This document shows positions 12,816 to 29,830 of a DNA stretch of 64,000 nt, one piece after another. The notes below the pieces were generated by a model. That model worked only from the letters and a program-made list of their open reading frames with translations, was not told the DNA's origin and ran no database searches. The DNA is from the human T2T-CHM13v2.0 reference genome, Homo sapiens. The stretch lies in assembly GCF_009914755.1 (NCBI RefSeq), contig NC_060942.1; one strand, given 5' to 3'. The position numbers were made by a program, and so were the translations under genes. Within the stretch, counting starts at the first letter, position 1. Each line of letters begins with the position of its first letter.

Positions 12816-13139
12816 GAGTGCCACCTGACTGATGGATGATAATTTATTGAACCTGAAAACACATTCATATTTCTTTATTAGTAAAATGATTTCTATGTTT
12901 GATATTATTGATACACTAATCATGAGAGTATCAAGGCATGGCAACAAATATGCCCATTTTATTATTAAAAATACACATTCTGTAAGTTAGCAAATGCATA
13001 CTAAATTTTTTTTTTTGTATTAGAAACTCACTGACAGTAGTAAGTATAGTATTAATCCTGGAGTATTAAGCTCCTACAGTACTAATAAAACCAAGATAAT
13101 TCTTCTACCTGCTATTTTTTGGGACAGTTTTTTGGAATC

Positions 13140-13460
13140 CTGAGCCATATAAGGACAAATATTCTGACACTGCCATGCTGGAGAGACCACCTGTAGGTCC
13201 TTTGATTGACCATCCCAGTTGATCTCAGACTCCTAACTATCCTGTCCAAGGTCCACACATGTGAGTGAAGGTTCCTGGGATGCTCGGGACTAGCCTCTGT
13301 GCCAACTGAGTACCACAAAGGGACCTCAGCTGTCAGTGCCCTATGGAGCATAAGAACCTAGCCTGGCTCTAGTTCCTCACCCACAAGGTCAGATAAAATA
13401 AAATGAATGGATGGGTTTAAGCCAAAAAGTGATGGGGTAATTTGTTAGTTAGCAAAAGGC
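13140..13460 (+). mobile_element. Old MaLR LTR (MLT1G/H-like)
   Basis: 'gccatgctggagagaccacctgtagg...catgtgagtgaag...tttaagcca...ggggtaatttgttagttagcaa'. Confidence 0.7.
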
Positions 13461-14910
13461 AAAATTGGCTGTCTAAAATCGTTTAATATGAAGACACAAA
13501 GAACTCATAAAAACAGAAAATGATGTTAATACGGAGAATACCTACAAAGATGATCTTTCCATTATCTTTATGAGATCATCTTATTTAATATAACTGAACC
13601 TGAACATTAGATCAAAGAGGTAGTATTTGACAGAAAAGCAATTTACTAATTTTCTCCTCGGGAACACATTTTATTGTATTCTCAAACCCTTTGCCCCTTG
13701 CCAAAATAGTTGTAAATTCTGATTACTGTTGTTTAAACAATTATTTAGTTTCTACCTACTCTATAGGGATTTATAATGCATTAGTGGATTCAAATATATG
13801 AGATGATTCTGGTGTAGAGGCAAAGAGGATATTATAAATCAATGAACATGCACTAAACTCATTTATGAGTGAAGCATAGTATTTGTAAGCAAAGGAAAAG
13901 TTCATTGACTTGCGTTTGGCTCTATCAGATTTGTAAACATTAAGGATGTTTAAGGTGAGTGAAAAGTCGAACTTCAGGGCTAGAATTTCTTGTTTTTCTT
14001 AAAGCTTATATTCCAACACTGTTTGACATGTACAATAATGGCAACCACATTGCCTCATGTTGCTTTTGGAGTCAAAGGGGATTGTGTGCTTCAAAGATGA
14101 CTACTGCTATTTAGATCCTTTGTGGGAGGAGTTAAACTAGTGGAAAAGGAATACGTGCTAAAGAGTTAATGATGTTTTTCAGAAACTGCTAACCAAATTT
14201 TGTGCATTTGTAGCAGCGTGAAAGAAACATTTCAGTTTATAAAGGCGAGCTTGTGCTTTCAACTTAAAGTATTGCTCTGTCAGAAACATTTGCTTTTCTA
14301 AAGCTTCTATGGTATTAATAAAAACATTTGTAGTGTAACTTGATGCTTATAAAAGTGTCTCAATGAACAGGTTTACAGATATTCTTCGTTATACCTTAAA
14401 ATTCCTTGTTGAGATTTGTTATTTTGTTTTGTTTTGTTTTTTAAGCTCCTGGCTGCTAATCTTTGGGTTATTTTTCAGTTCTTCAGCATACTCATCAGAG
14501 AGTGAGTGGTCAGTGAAAATAAAAGAGGGCGAAACAGAAAACAATTAATTTACCTTTTTTGCTAAAACAGTTTTAATGGTGTATAATGCTGAAACTGACA
14601 AGATCTCTCAATTACTGTTATATTTCACTTTCCGTACAGCAAGAATTGCTTAATTATATTAGTTTCCCTTTAATTTAATGGATTTGTAAAAGAAAAGCAC
14701 CTCTAATGAATACACAATCAATTTTGTGATTCTTCTTTTTACAATTTGCATTTAACATAGCATCTTGATCATAATAAACATTTAATCATATTTGCTGAGT
14801 AAAATTATTAAAATCATCAATTTTAAAATATTTTAGAATTACCAAAGGAGTATCAACATATGAAATATGTATACAGTTTAAATGTTCATCCAGGGAAGTT
14901 ATTAATGCTG

Positions 14911-17545
<2,635 letters not shown>

Positions 17546-18728
17546 CACTATAACAAGAAGAATTTAGGTATATTAGTTTCAAATATATGAGCACAGAAAT
17601 GGGAATTTCAAGATTTTTGGAGATGCTAATTTAATAGAACTTTTGAAATTTCATAAGCATGCATTGTCCCTTGAAAAGTAGTAACTGCTTGACAAATGCA
17701 GATTTTTATTATTACTGACATTTTGAGAAAATATCTGCAGCTGAAGATCCTGCAATTGTGAAAAATGTCATAAGTTTTTCATACACCCAGTTCTTTTGTC
17801 ACAAAGTATGATCAGATTTTCTGCTTAGAAAGTGTTTTTGGCTGAATAGGTTATAGTCTACCCTGTATGTAGGCACAGTGAAAAAATGACAGGTAGCTTT
17901 CTAACGTCTTTTTGAAAATAAGTCTTTATATCAGAATATTGACAATAATGCTATAACTGTTACAATATGGGGACAAAAGTAACTTAATTATAACTTTTCA
18001 AAAATGTTTGTCATTTATACAGCTTTTTATCTGAAAAATGATGGACAATCATATGGAAAACAAAATTAGTAGAATGCAATTTAGAGACAGATAAGAAAAA
18101 AGTTCTTCAATAAAATAACTTAATGGTATTCAGGAAAATGCAAATGTGAGAGTCTGTGCAATGTCACGTAGCTCTATTCTGTCAAACTTGAAGATAAATA
18201 TCTCAAATTATGATAATTGAATGTTTGAATACCCAAGTTTCATATACCCATAAATCTTAACATTTTATACTTGGCCTTTAGGAAGTTAGTATATCCCAGC
18301 AAAAATCTTTTATTTTTATGATATATATTTATTACACTAACATGTATATAAAACTTACCAGTTTAACCATTTTTAAGTGTATAGTCTAGTGGCAATAAAT
18401 ACATTCACATTGTTGTGCAGCCATTATCACTATCCATCTCCAGAACTTATCTTTCCAAACAGAAACTCTGTACCCATTAAACAATAACTCCCCATTCCCT
18501 TCTCCCCCAGCCCCTGGTAACTAACTACCAGTCTACTTTCTATCCCCATGAATTTAGCTACTCTAGAGGGCTAACACATTTAAGAAGAATCCTAGAATGT
18601 TTACCCTTTTGTGATTGGCTTATTTCACTTAGCATAATGTCTTCTAAGTCATTTCATGTTGTAGCACATATCAGAATTTCCTTTCTTTTAAAAACTGAGT
18701 AATATTTCGCGGTATGGATATGCTACAT

Positions 18729-18954
18729 TTTTTTTCTCTTTTTTTAAATTTTATTTTAAGTTCTGGGATACATGTGCAGAATATGCAGGTTTGTTACATA
18801 GGTATGCATGTGCCATGGTGGTTTGCTGCACCTATTAACCCATCATCTAGGTTTTAGGCCGTACATGCATTAGGTATTTGTCCTAATGCTCTCCCTCCCC
18901 TTGCCTCCCATCCCCGACAGGCCCCAGTGTGTGACGTTCCCCTCCCTGTGTCCC
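18729..18954 (-). mobile_element. L1PA (approx. PA7-10) 3'UTR fragment nested in L1MB
   Basis: 'tttaagttctgggatacatgtgcagaatatgcaggtttgttacatagg...ggccccagtgtgtga'. No clear TSD. Confidence 0.88.
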
Positions 18955-19424
18955 AGCAGACACCTGATTTGCTTCCATCTTTTGGCTATTGTGAATGCTG
19001 CTGTGAACTAGCTGTATAAATATCTGAGTCCTTGCTTTCGATTCTTGTGGATATTTACCCAGAAGTATAATTGTCATATCATATGGCAATTCCATATTTA
19101 ATTTCTTGAGGTTCTGCTATGCTATTTTCCACAGTGGTTGCACCATTTTATCCCACTAGCAATACACAAGGGTTTAAATTTCTCCACATCTTTGCTAATA
19201 CTTGCTATTTTATTTTATTTTTTGATAACAGCCATCCTAATGGGTGTGATGTGGTATTTCATTGTGGTTTTATTTGTACTTCTCTAGTGATTAGCGATGT
19301 TGTCTTTTCACATGCTTATCAGCCATTTGTATATCTTCTTTGGAGAAATGTCTATTCATGTTCTTTGCCTATTTTTTTAAAGCAGTTTGTTGTTGTTGTT
19401 GTTGTTGAACTGTCAGAGTTCTTT

Positions 19425-19629
<205 letters not shown>

Positions 19630-20152
19630 TAGATATATAATTTGCAAATATTTTATCCTGTTCCTTGGGTCTTCTTTTCATTCTTTTGATAATGTCCTTT
19701 GGTACATAAAAAGTTTTTAATTTTGATAAACTTCAATTTATTTGTTTTTTTCTTTTGTTGTCTTTGCTTTTGGTGTTATACCCAAGAAAGACTTGCCAAA
19801 CCCAATGTAATGAAGCTTTTCCTCTATGTTTTCTTTTAAGAGTTTTATAGTTTTAGCTCTTACATTCAGGTCTTTGATCGATTTTTGAGTTAATTTTAGT
19901 ATACGGTATACATTAAGAGTACAGCTTCATTCTTTTGCATGTGGATATACAGTTTTTTCAACACTATTTATAGAAAAGAATGTCCTCTTTCCATTGAATG
20001 GTCTTGGCACCCTTGTTAAAAATCCTTTGACCGTAGATATGAGGATTTATTTCTGTGCACTGTATGCTATTCCACTGGTCTATTTGTCCTCCATGTGCCA
20101 GTACTGCACTGTTGTGATTATAGTATTTTTGTAGTAAGTTTTGAAATCATGA

Positions 20153-20480
<328 letters not shown>

Positions 20481-21729
20481 GATCTTTTTCAGTGTTGGTT
20501 TGACTATTCCATACGCCTTGAGAGTCCATATTAAAGGTAGATTTTTCTATTTCTGTAAAAAAGTCATTTGGATTTTGAGTAAAATTCTCTTTTTAAATGA
20601 GTATTTACATATGGGATGCTTTGGCAGAAAGAAGTTAAACATTTTGACTTTTATATTCTTTAATGATAGATCATGAGATACTTCCAATCTCAACAAAACA
20701 TGTTAATATCTACAATTTTCCTCATCCAGAGACAAAAAAAAGATTTTAATTCATGCTTTTGTCTCCAACTGTGCATCTAAAATAGTTCTACCCTGGGTCT
20801 GGGGAGACAGAATAATGAGTGCTCAGAGAACTTAGAAGTCTTCTGATTGCTCTTTGCACTTGTTTATTTCCATGCATCCTCCAAATTCTGGCTAAACGTG
20901 GGGAACAAATGAATGTATGAATAGCCAGCAGCCCCACAGGGTCGGGGAAAACACTCAACCAGAGAGACATGAGATTCATTTACTTTTCTTTTAATATTGT
21001 TTCATTGTGTCTTCTTTAGCTGTGGAGTTAAATATGGTTTTTGTTTCAATACAGTAAGCAATGGATTTACAGGAAATCACTGATAGAGACTCCTAAAAGT
21101 TTTCTCAAATATCCACTGTAAAGATTGAGGAGAGAGGGATTGGGGGAGTCATGAACCAGAGTCACAGGAGCCTAAGTTCTGACCTCGCTGGTATAGATCT
21201 CTTCTCTCCATTTCCTTTTTTTCTCTATCTCTAAACATTTAATCTTGAATTTGTTTTGGATAATTTTTCATAATCATAAACGGTTAGCACTAAAAGGCAT
21301 CTCCGTAATTTTTAATCTTACCTACCTTAATTATTTTAAATATAAAACAGGCACATGTTTCTCAGTATTATTTCTCTTATGTTCTGAGAGAAGAGAAACC
21401 TCATAGTCCCTCATTATTTCAAATCGAATTTACAATGTTCCTTTTGTGCTGGTTCATGCTATTTGTGTTTTCTGTGTGTCAACCCTGACTTCCTGTTTAT
21501 GATACAAGGTCCTGAGGGGCGTGAGCTATAGCCCTTCAGGACCTCAGGTCCCTTTGCACTGAGTGCTTAGTGAATCTTACTGTTCAGCTGACTCCTAAAG
21601 TAATGAATTTTAATTAATGTAAAATGGAAAAATACCCGCTGCATTAGTGGAATGTGGCTTTTAAGTGATTTTGACCTTTGGGGAAAGGACACAAAATAGA
21701 GTTTTCTTATCTTCTAATCCTGATGTAGT

Positions 21730-22093
21730 TGTGTTAGTCCATTCTCATACTGCTAATAAAGATATACCCAAGACAGGGCAATTTATAAAAGAGAGAGGTT
21801 TAATGGACTCACAGTTCCACGTGGCTGGGGAGGCCTCATAATCATGGTGGAGATGAAGGAGGAGCAAAGTCACATCTTACATAGTAGCAGGCAAAGAGAG
21901 CATGTGTAGGGGGAACTCCCTTTATAAAATCATCAGATCTCGTGAGACTTATTCGCTATCATGAGAACAGCATGGGAAAGACCTGCCCCCACGATTCAAT
22001 TACCACCTACTGGGTCCCTCTCACAGCACATGGGAATCATGGGAGCTACAATTCAAGATGAGATTTGGGTGGGGACACAGCCAAACCATATCA
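21730..22093 (-). mobile_element. Solo THE1B/THE1C LTR
   Basis: tgtgttagtcc...gggtggggacacagccaaaccatatca. Perfect TSD GTAGT at 21725-21729 and 22094-22098. Confidence 0.95.
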
Positions 22094-22186
22094 GTAGTTA
22101 ACACCCATTACACTCAGAAAGACACTAGAACATTTTACTCATTACTGAGCTTTTGAATTGAAATTGTGGGACATACGGAATCATAT

Positions 22187-22410
22187 TCTTCTTTTTTTGA
22201 GATTGCATCTCTCTCTGTTGTCCAGGCTGGAGTGCAGTGGCTTAATCATAGCTCTCTGCAGCCTTGAATCCCTGTGCTCAAGCAATCCTACCACCTCAGC
22301 ACCCTGAGTAGCTAGAACTATAGGTGCATGCCACCATGCCCAGCTTTTTTTTTTTTTTTTTTTTTTTTTTTGTAGAGATGGGGTCTAGCTATCTTGCCTA
22401 GGTTGGTCTC
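22187..22410 (-). mobile_element. Truncated AluJ (right arm plus part of left arm)
   Basis: J-type right arm, middle linker expanded to ~27 T, ends at 'ggttggtctc'. Confidence 0.88.
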
Positions 22411-22419
22411 AATAAAAAC

Positions 22420-23992
22420 CATAACATATTACAATAAAAAATTAAAATCTAAATAAATATAGATATACAACATGTTACATGTTTATGAGTCAGAATCCTT
22501 CGTATAATGTTAAGATGTAAATTCTGCTTAAATTAGTCTACAGATATAATGTGATTCCATTCAAATTTTTAGCAGGCTTTTGTTTTTGAAGGAGAAATTG
22601 TTAAGCTGATTCTAAGATAATATGAAAATGCAAAAGAGCTAGCAGAGACAAAATGATCTTGAAAAAGAACAAAGAAGAATTACAGAACTTAATTTCAAGA
22701 CAGTGAGGCTAGTCAAATAGATCAATAGAACAGAATAGAATCCAAAAACAGACTCTCACTAGTATGACCAATTACTTTTTGCAAAGTTGCCAAAGGAATC
22801 CAGTGGAGATAAGAATATTTTCAATAATATTCCTAAAATAACTAGAAAACTGTATGGGAAAGAGATGACTTTTACAATATACACTAAAATTATTTCAGAT
22901 TAATTTTAGACCAAATTTAAAATGTGAATCTCAAATCTTGTAGGGGAAGACTTAGATCATGGAGTTATATCTTTCGGGTGTGAAAAAAGGAAAAGAAAAT
23001 ATATTTAACAATTGGTATATTTGACTTCATCAAAATTAAAAATGTCTTCTCATTAAAAATTATAATTAAAAAGTGGACATGCAAGTTACACACTAGGAGA
23101 AAATATTTATAATGTGTATATCTGATCAAGGAATCATGTCCAGAATGGACAAAGAACCTCTATAGACAAAAAATAGGAGCCTAATTAAAACTTATCAAAA
23201 AACTTGAATAGTTTACAGAGAAAGTTTTATGAAAGGCCAGTAAATACATTAAAAGATGATGAGTATCATTAGTCATCATTGAAATGCAAATCTGAATGAG
23301 GAGATATCTTTAAAATCTCACCAGAAATGGCTAAAATTTTTAAGACTGACAAGACCAAATATTGACAAGAATGCAAAACAATTATCTCTCTCATAATTTG
23401 CAGATAATTGTGTAAAATGGTACTTTTTTGATGTTTGACAGTTTCTTATAAAATTGGACACTTCTCTACCCTACAATCTAGCAATTCTACTCCTATGTAT
23501 ACATGTAAGGAAAATTAAAACATATTATCTACAAAACATACCGAATAAAATGTTCAGAGTAGTTGTATTCATAATAGCCAAAAAATGAAAGCAACCCAAA
23601 TGTCCATCAACATGGACAAAATATTCTGGCATATATTCATGAATGAATATGCAGCAATAAAAAGCAATGAATTACTGATAAACATAAAACATGGATCAAT
23701 CTCTCGAAAAGTGTTTTGGACAAATTAAGCGAGGCACAGAAGTGCACAAATTATATGATTCCTTTTATAAAAAATTATAGGACAGGCATCACTAATCTAT
23801 GACAATTGACGTCACAATGGTGGCTGACTCTAACGTGTCAGTTTGACTTGAGGGGAGCAAAGAGGAACATTCTCTGATGATAAATTGTTCGATAATGATT
23901 AGAGGGTGGATTTTCCACATGCCACAACTCATCAAACTATCCTTCAGATCTGTGCATTTCACTGTATGAAAATTACACCTCAATAAAAAAAT
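22420..23992 (+). mobile_element. Old L1ME-like ORF2 3' end and 3'UTR
   Basis: Degenerate 'agctgattctaa..tatgaaaatgcaaa', 'gacttcatcaaaattaaa', 'agcaattctactccta', 'caacccaaatgtccatcaac'; terminal 'ttacacctcaataaa'. Confidence 0.82.
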
Positions 23993-24190
23993 TAACCAGC
24001 TGCATCCTGAATCAGAGCAGCATATATTAAAAGTTAATTCGTGCTAGGTGAATCAAAGTAATACTGCAGGATATTAAAGACAAAGAGAAAAATCTTAAAA
24101 GAAGCCAGAGAGAGGAGACAAATGACCTATAAAGGAAAGTGATTAGACCGCAGGGGAAATAGCAGTCAACCTAGAATATATTTCCAGAGC

Positions 24191-24652
<462 letters not shown>

Positions 24653-25950
24653 TCAAAATGAGGGCAAATAGAGACATTTTCCAGAAAAATTTCACAGTGG
24701 TTACTAATCAAGTACTCTCAGTGAAGAAAATTCTGAAGTCCATAAGGAAAGAATGGTGTCTCATCACAAGAAACCTCTTGCTGGGCTCCTTCGAAGAGTG
24801 TGGTGTAGTAAGCAGGTTATACCTGGGGTCTCTGTGGTCTCCATAGATGATGAACCTGGGGAGTCTCATCAGGTTGAATACATCTTGGAAAAACCCAACC
24901 AACTGCACATTGAGTTGCATCAACGGTAGAGCGCACTGCCTTCCATCATCGACAAGGCACCCCGGAGCTGCTGCAGGAGTTGGCATTTAGGGTCCTGAAT
25001 AGCATGGCACGTAGCCCTTGGTGCAGCTGATTCCATGGTTGGGTGTACTAAGGATGTGCAGGGTGAAATGGGAGGGGATTTTTAGTGGTTACATGTTCTG
25101 GGGCAGCTCTAAATCTCCTTTTTACATATGTTAGATTCTCCCTTATTTGTGGCTTTATTAGTGGTATCTGAGTTAGCCACCAAATCCTCTGATAATGCAT
25201 GTGGATCTTGAAAATGAGAGCTTTATCATTATTTTTAAATACTTGACATGAAAAAATTCAATTAGATTCAGAATGCTTTCATAGTTCAAGAAATTTCAAT
25301 ATGACATTTGTCAATGAAAGAAATGGAAGTGCTACTAAATTCTTTAAATGTAATTTTAACCATTGCATGTTTTTCAAGTTTTAGAAAAATAAAGTTTTAC
25401 TACCCACTTGTGTGAACAAAGTTTCTTGTCAAAGGTGACTATCGAAAATTGGAAGAGATCGTTATTTAAAAGGTGTTGTTTAGGAATTGTGTATACATAT
25501 TTCAAACATTAAACCTGCTATTAAAGCAAAATATACACACAAAATGGTCTCAAGATTCTCATTTATATATTTGAAAAATATTTGGAAATTCTATACATAG
25601 TCTGTAATTAATATCTTCCCTAATACTTACTTTTTCTATAATAACTATATAATATTAAGATAGTCAAACTTTTTTCTACCAAGCTCCATTTAGATGCCCT
25701 TGAATGCCTTTAGTTTACTGCAGTGTACCCCCCAAAATTTCATTTTTTCTTTATATACCATGATGTAAAAATGTGAGGAGACATTCATTAGAGTATATAA
25801 GTATGCAGTATATATTGTTTTGTTGTAAGTATTGTTTCCAAGTACATACTGAAACATTTAAAATTTGTGTCTGTAACGGAAAGAAAGTGGAAAAAATAAG
25901 AAACCTAAGAAAAGACATTAACAGAAAGTAGAGATACAATACTAACGAGA

Positions 25951-26380
25951 GTGTTAGATAGCATAGCCCCCAAAGATGTCCAGGCCCTAATTCCTGAAAC
26001 CTGTGAATATGTTACCTCCCTGCCCTAGGGACTTTGCGGAATAATTAAGGTCACAGACCTTAAAACAGGGAGATTATCCTGAATTATCTTGGTGAACACA
26101 ATCTAAGCACGTGAGCCCTTAAAAGTTGTAGATTTTCTCTGGCTGGAGTCAGAAAGATGGGGTAGTGGGAGAAGACAGACTGAAGCATGAGAAGAACTGG
26201 ACCCGCTCACTCTAGGAGCAGAGAACACCCCACTACCTGACAGCCAGCAAGAAAAATGGGGACCTCAGTCCTACAACTACAAGAAACTGAATTCTGCCAA
26301 CAATCCGAATGAGCTTGGAAGTGGATTCTTGCCTGAGAGCCTTCAGAAATGAAAGCAGCCCTGCTAACACCTTGATTTTA
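25951..26380 (+). mobile_element. MaLR LTR (MLT1D/E-like), 3' end missing
   Basis: 'cccccaaagatgtccaggccctaattcctgaaacctgtgaatatgttacc...gacctcagtcctacaactacaagaaactgaattctgccaacaa...acaccttgatttta'. Confidence 0.85.
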
Positions 26381-26597
26381 ATATCTATTTTTCCACTGAT
26401 CTCACTGATTGAGTGGGCTTCACTGATCTATTAATGTCCATAATTCTGGGTGTGCCTGGCTATTCATTCAGGTCAGTAAATATTTTTAGGCTCTCCAGCA
26501 TTTATATACATGGAAGAGTTGCACTTCTGGCCCTTGTGGCCCATATTATTCCTATAATACGACAGCTAAGATGCTGTCATATAATATTTGAGTTATA

Positions 26598-26725
26598 TGG
26601 GTCCTAAATCCAGTGACCGAAGTCCTTATGAGAAGGCCACGTGATGACACAGAGAATAAATTTCTGTTGTTTTAAGCCACCCAGTTTCTAGTATGTTCTT
26701 ATGACAGTGCTAGAAAAGTAATACA
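26598..26725 (+). mobile_element. MLT1B/C-like LTR fragment (3' terminus)
   Basis: 'gggtcctaaatccagtgacc..gtccttat' then 'aataaatttctgttgttttaagccacccagttt...taataca'. Confidence 0.75.
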
Positions 26726-28689
26726 ACCTGGTTCCTGGATTCAGTGGGGAAATGGAGGCAGGACTAATATGACTAAATATTAAGTGACAAGGCACTATGA
26801 TGACTCATGTATTTCGCCTATTAGGGCCCAAGTTAGTCCCAGAATCCACAGTAGGAGCAAGGCTGAAGGCTGAGGTTAAGCAGATCTAGCTATGGGAGCT
26901 GCAGGAATTTGGAGGCAAGGAACGTGGCAGGTTCAATTCTAACACTCTTGCTTGCACTCACATTGATCCACTGAGGGATAAAATGTACAAACAATTGTCA
27001 TTATTTATTGGCATGCATCCACATCTGTGCTCTCAACTCCTATCCCTCATTAGGACAAGAGGCTCTCCAATATGCCTTAATAAACAGTGTCATCCCTCGA
27101 GTAGAATGTGCTTGGTACTGTGCAGAATTAACCTCAAGTCAAATAATTAAATCGCAGGCTTTCTGTTCTACAATTATATAGCTTTCCTCCTGGTCTACAT
27201 TACATTGAAATCCCATAAACATCCTACATGTTTTAAGAATCTGCAGTTTCCTTTAAACAATTAATGATTGTGAAAATTACAGTTTGTTCTCTTTCAATTC
27301 CCCTAGGAACACCAAATGGTACTCTGAATGTCATTAATATAATATGCAAATGATCTGTTTGGCTCCTGCTTCTCCGTTTGGGGTAACCTTGTCAATCAGC
27401 CTGTTTGCACTAATGAGCTATCTGATGAAAGCTAGCCCAGCTGCGGAGAAGGTCACTGAAAATCTCGACCTTCCTTTTCTTGCTTAGGCCGACATGGCAA
27501 TATCTGATGGAAAAGGAAAGAGCTTTGATTGACGTTTATGTAAAATCACCTGAGTGTTAATGAAGGACCAGCAGAGATCTTACTGGGCTCTTTCCTCAAA
27601 CACAAAGAGCATCTATACTTTTCAAATGAGCTCATTGTTCTATTTAAAGGTTATTATTAGATATGATTTCAGGGTGTTCTTGAAGTGGGAATGAGAAGGT
27701 ATATTAGATAATACAGTTGTGTATAACTACATCAAATTTTAGAAATATTATTGCAGCATGATATGAACATTACTACATGTCTGTATTTTTCTTGGTGATT
27801 TTCTGTTAATATCCTTGTGTTCTGAGAAACTTTCAATCCGTTTAGGTAAAAAGGACATGGTGTTTATTGTAACTAATTTACTAAATGGAGAAGTTAGGAA
27901 AACTTTCTTCAAATATCATTCAAAAATTTTAACTATACAAATAAGAACAAGATAAAAATCATGGGGCATTTGGATGTTCATTTGAAATTTTTAAGGGACA
28001 TTTTTTTCCCACAAGAATTATAGTGGATAGAAAACTTCCTAAGAGAAGAACCTTGTTGTGAAACAGAATTAACAGTGACCTTGGGTGTCTGAAATGAATA
28101 ATGCACTCTAATAGTTGCTGTACATGAATGAAAAATAAAGAGAAGACTTATGTTTATTTCATCTTATGTGTTGTACAGTTTGATGTGTGTGCATTCATCC
28201 AACTGATAGATTTGATTTCATGTTTTTAGCTGATCTTAAAAACTCCCACCTAAGATGTGGGCTTGGGTTAAGAATGCTCTACAATTGACCCTCCAGTAGG
28301 CTAAATTGATACTGGTCATCCCATCTATCTCTCAATAGATTTTTTTGATTGGTTTCAGGCAGAATCAGGGACATTGGCAACTGGTTGAAATGTAAAACTT
28401 ATCTCACCTGATAACCCTGTGTTATGGATTTAGTGGAATAAAATATCCTAGTTTTCTGAAGATCAGTTTCTTTGCAAGTGAACGAATTATTTCTCTCATT
28501 CCCTATGATGTGGATTCCTGTTTTCAATTTGCCCACTGCTGTTAATGCTATTGCTATTCTTCTATGCTCACAATGTTTCAACCTTACAATCAGTAGCAAT
28601 CTGTAGCAATCTCACACATTCATTCTTAAAAGTGTGTTCCAAATCCAACATTGTCTTTCCTCTTGTTACTATGGAGAACCTAATCCAGT

Positions 28690-29100
28690 CTGTGCCATCT
28701 CCTACCTGGATGACTCCAAAGACTTCTTAAATTCCAGTCCTTCCTGTAAGTGCACACATCATTTTTTCCACCCTTTTCGATGCCATTGTAGTAATCTAAA
28801 TGGTGTTTTCACCACGATTGCCCTTTCCCCAAGAGTCTTCAGAAACTCCCATTAAATAGGCTTCAATTCTGCTAAGACTTCAAGATCCCCCTGTATGTTG
28901 TCTTCACGTTCTCACTTCCACTATTGTGGTATCTTAACTTTAGTGTCTGTTCATGATGTCTCTCCAAAACCTCATGTCCTTCTACTGTTGCTGTTCTTTG
29001 CTCCTGTGATCACTTGGGCTGGGAGATCCTCTTCATTCCTCTCCTGGAGTTCCACCTCCTCTGACAAACCCCTCCTCACAACTGTGGTCCATATTGATCT
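28690..29100 (+). mobile_element. L2 fragment
   Basis: Pyrimidine-rich L2-like 'ccatctcctacctggatgactccaaagacttcttaa' and 'ctttgctcctgtgatcacttgggctggga'. Confidence 0.5.
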
Positions 29101-29130
29101 CTCTTTTCTCTTTCTCTTCATGCTTTCTGA

Positions 29131-29411
<281 letters not shown>

Positions 29412-29502
29412 GACTTTTTAAAATAATTATGTTGCCCTACTAATTTGAGATTAGAAACGAATTAACCACAATCCATGACTTATGACACCATTTCATCATT
29501 GA

Positions 29503-29830
<328 letters not shown>

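Noticed and set aside
28400-28415. Isolated consensus minus-strand donors (also near 34770, 49503, 63373)
   Set aside because: No matching strong acceptor nearby; such motifs are expected by chance at this density.
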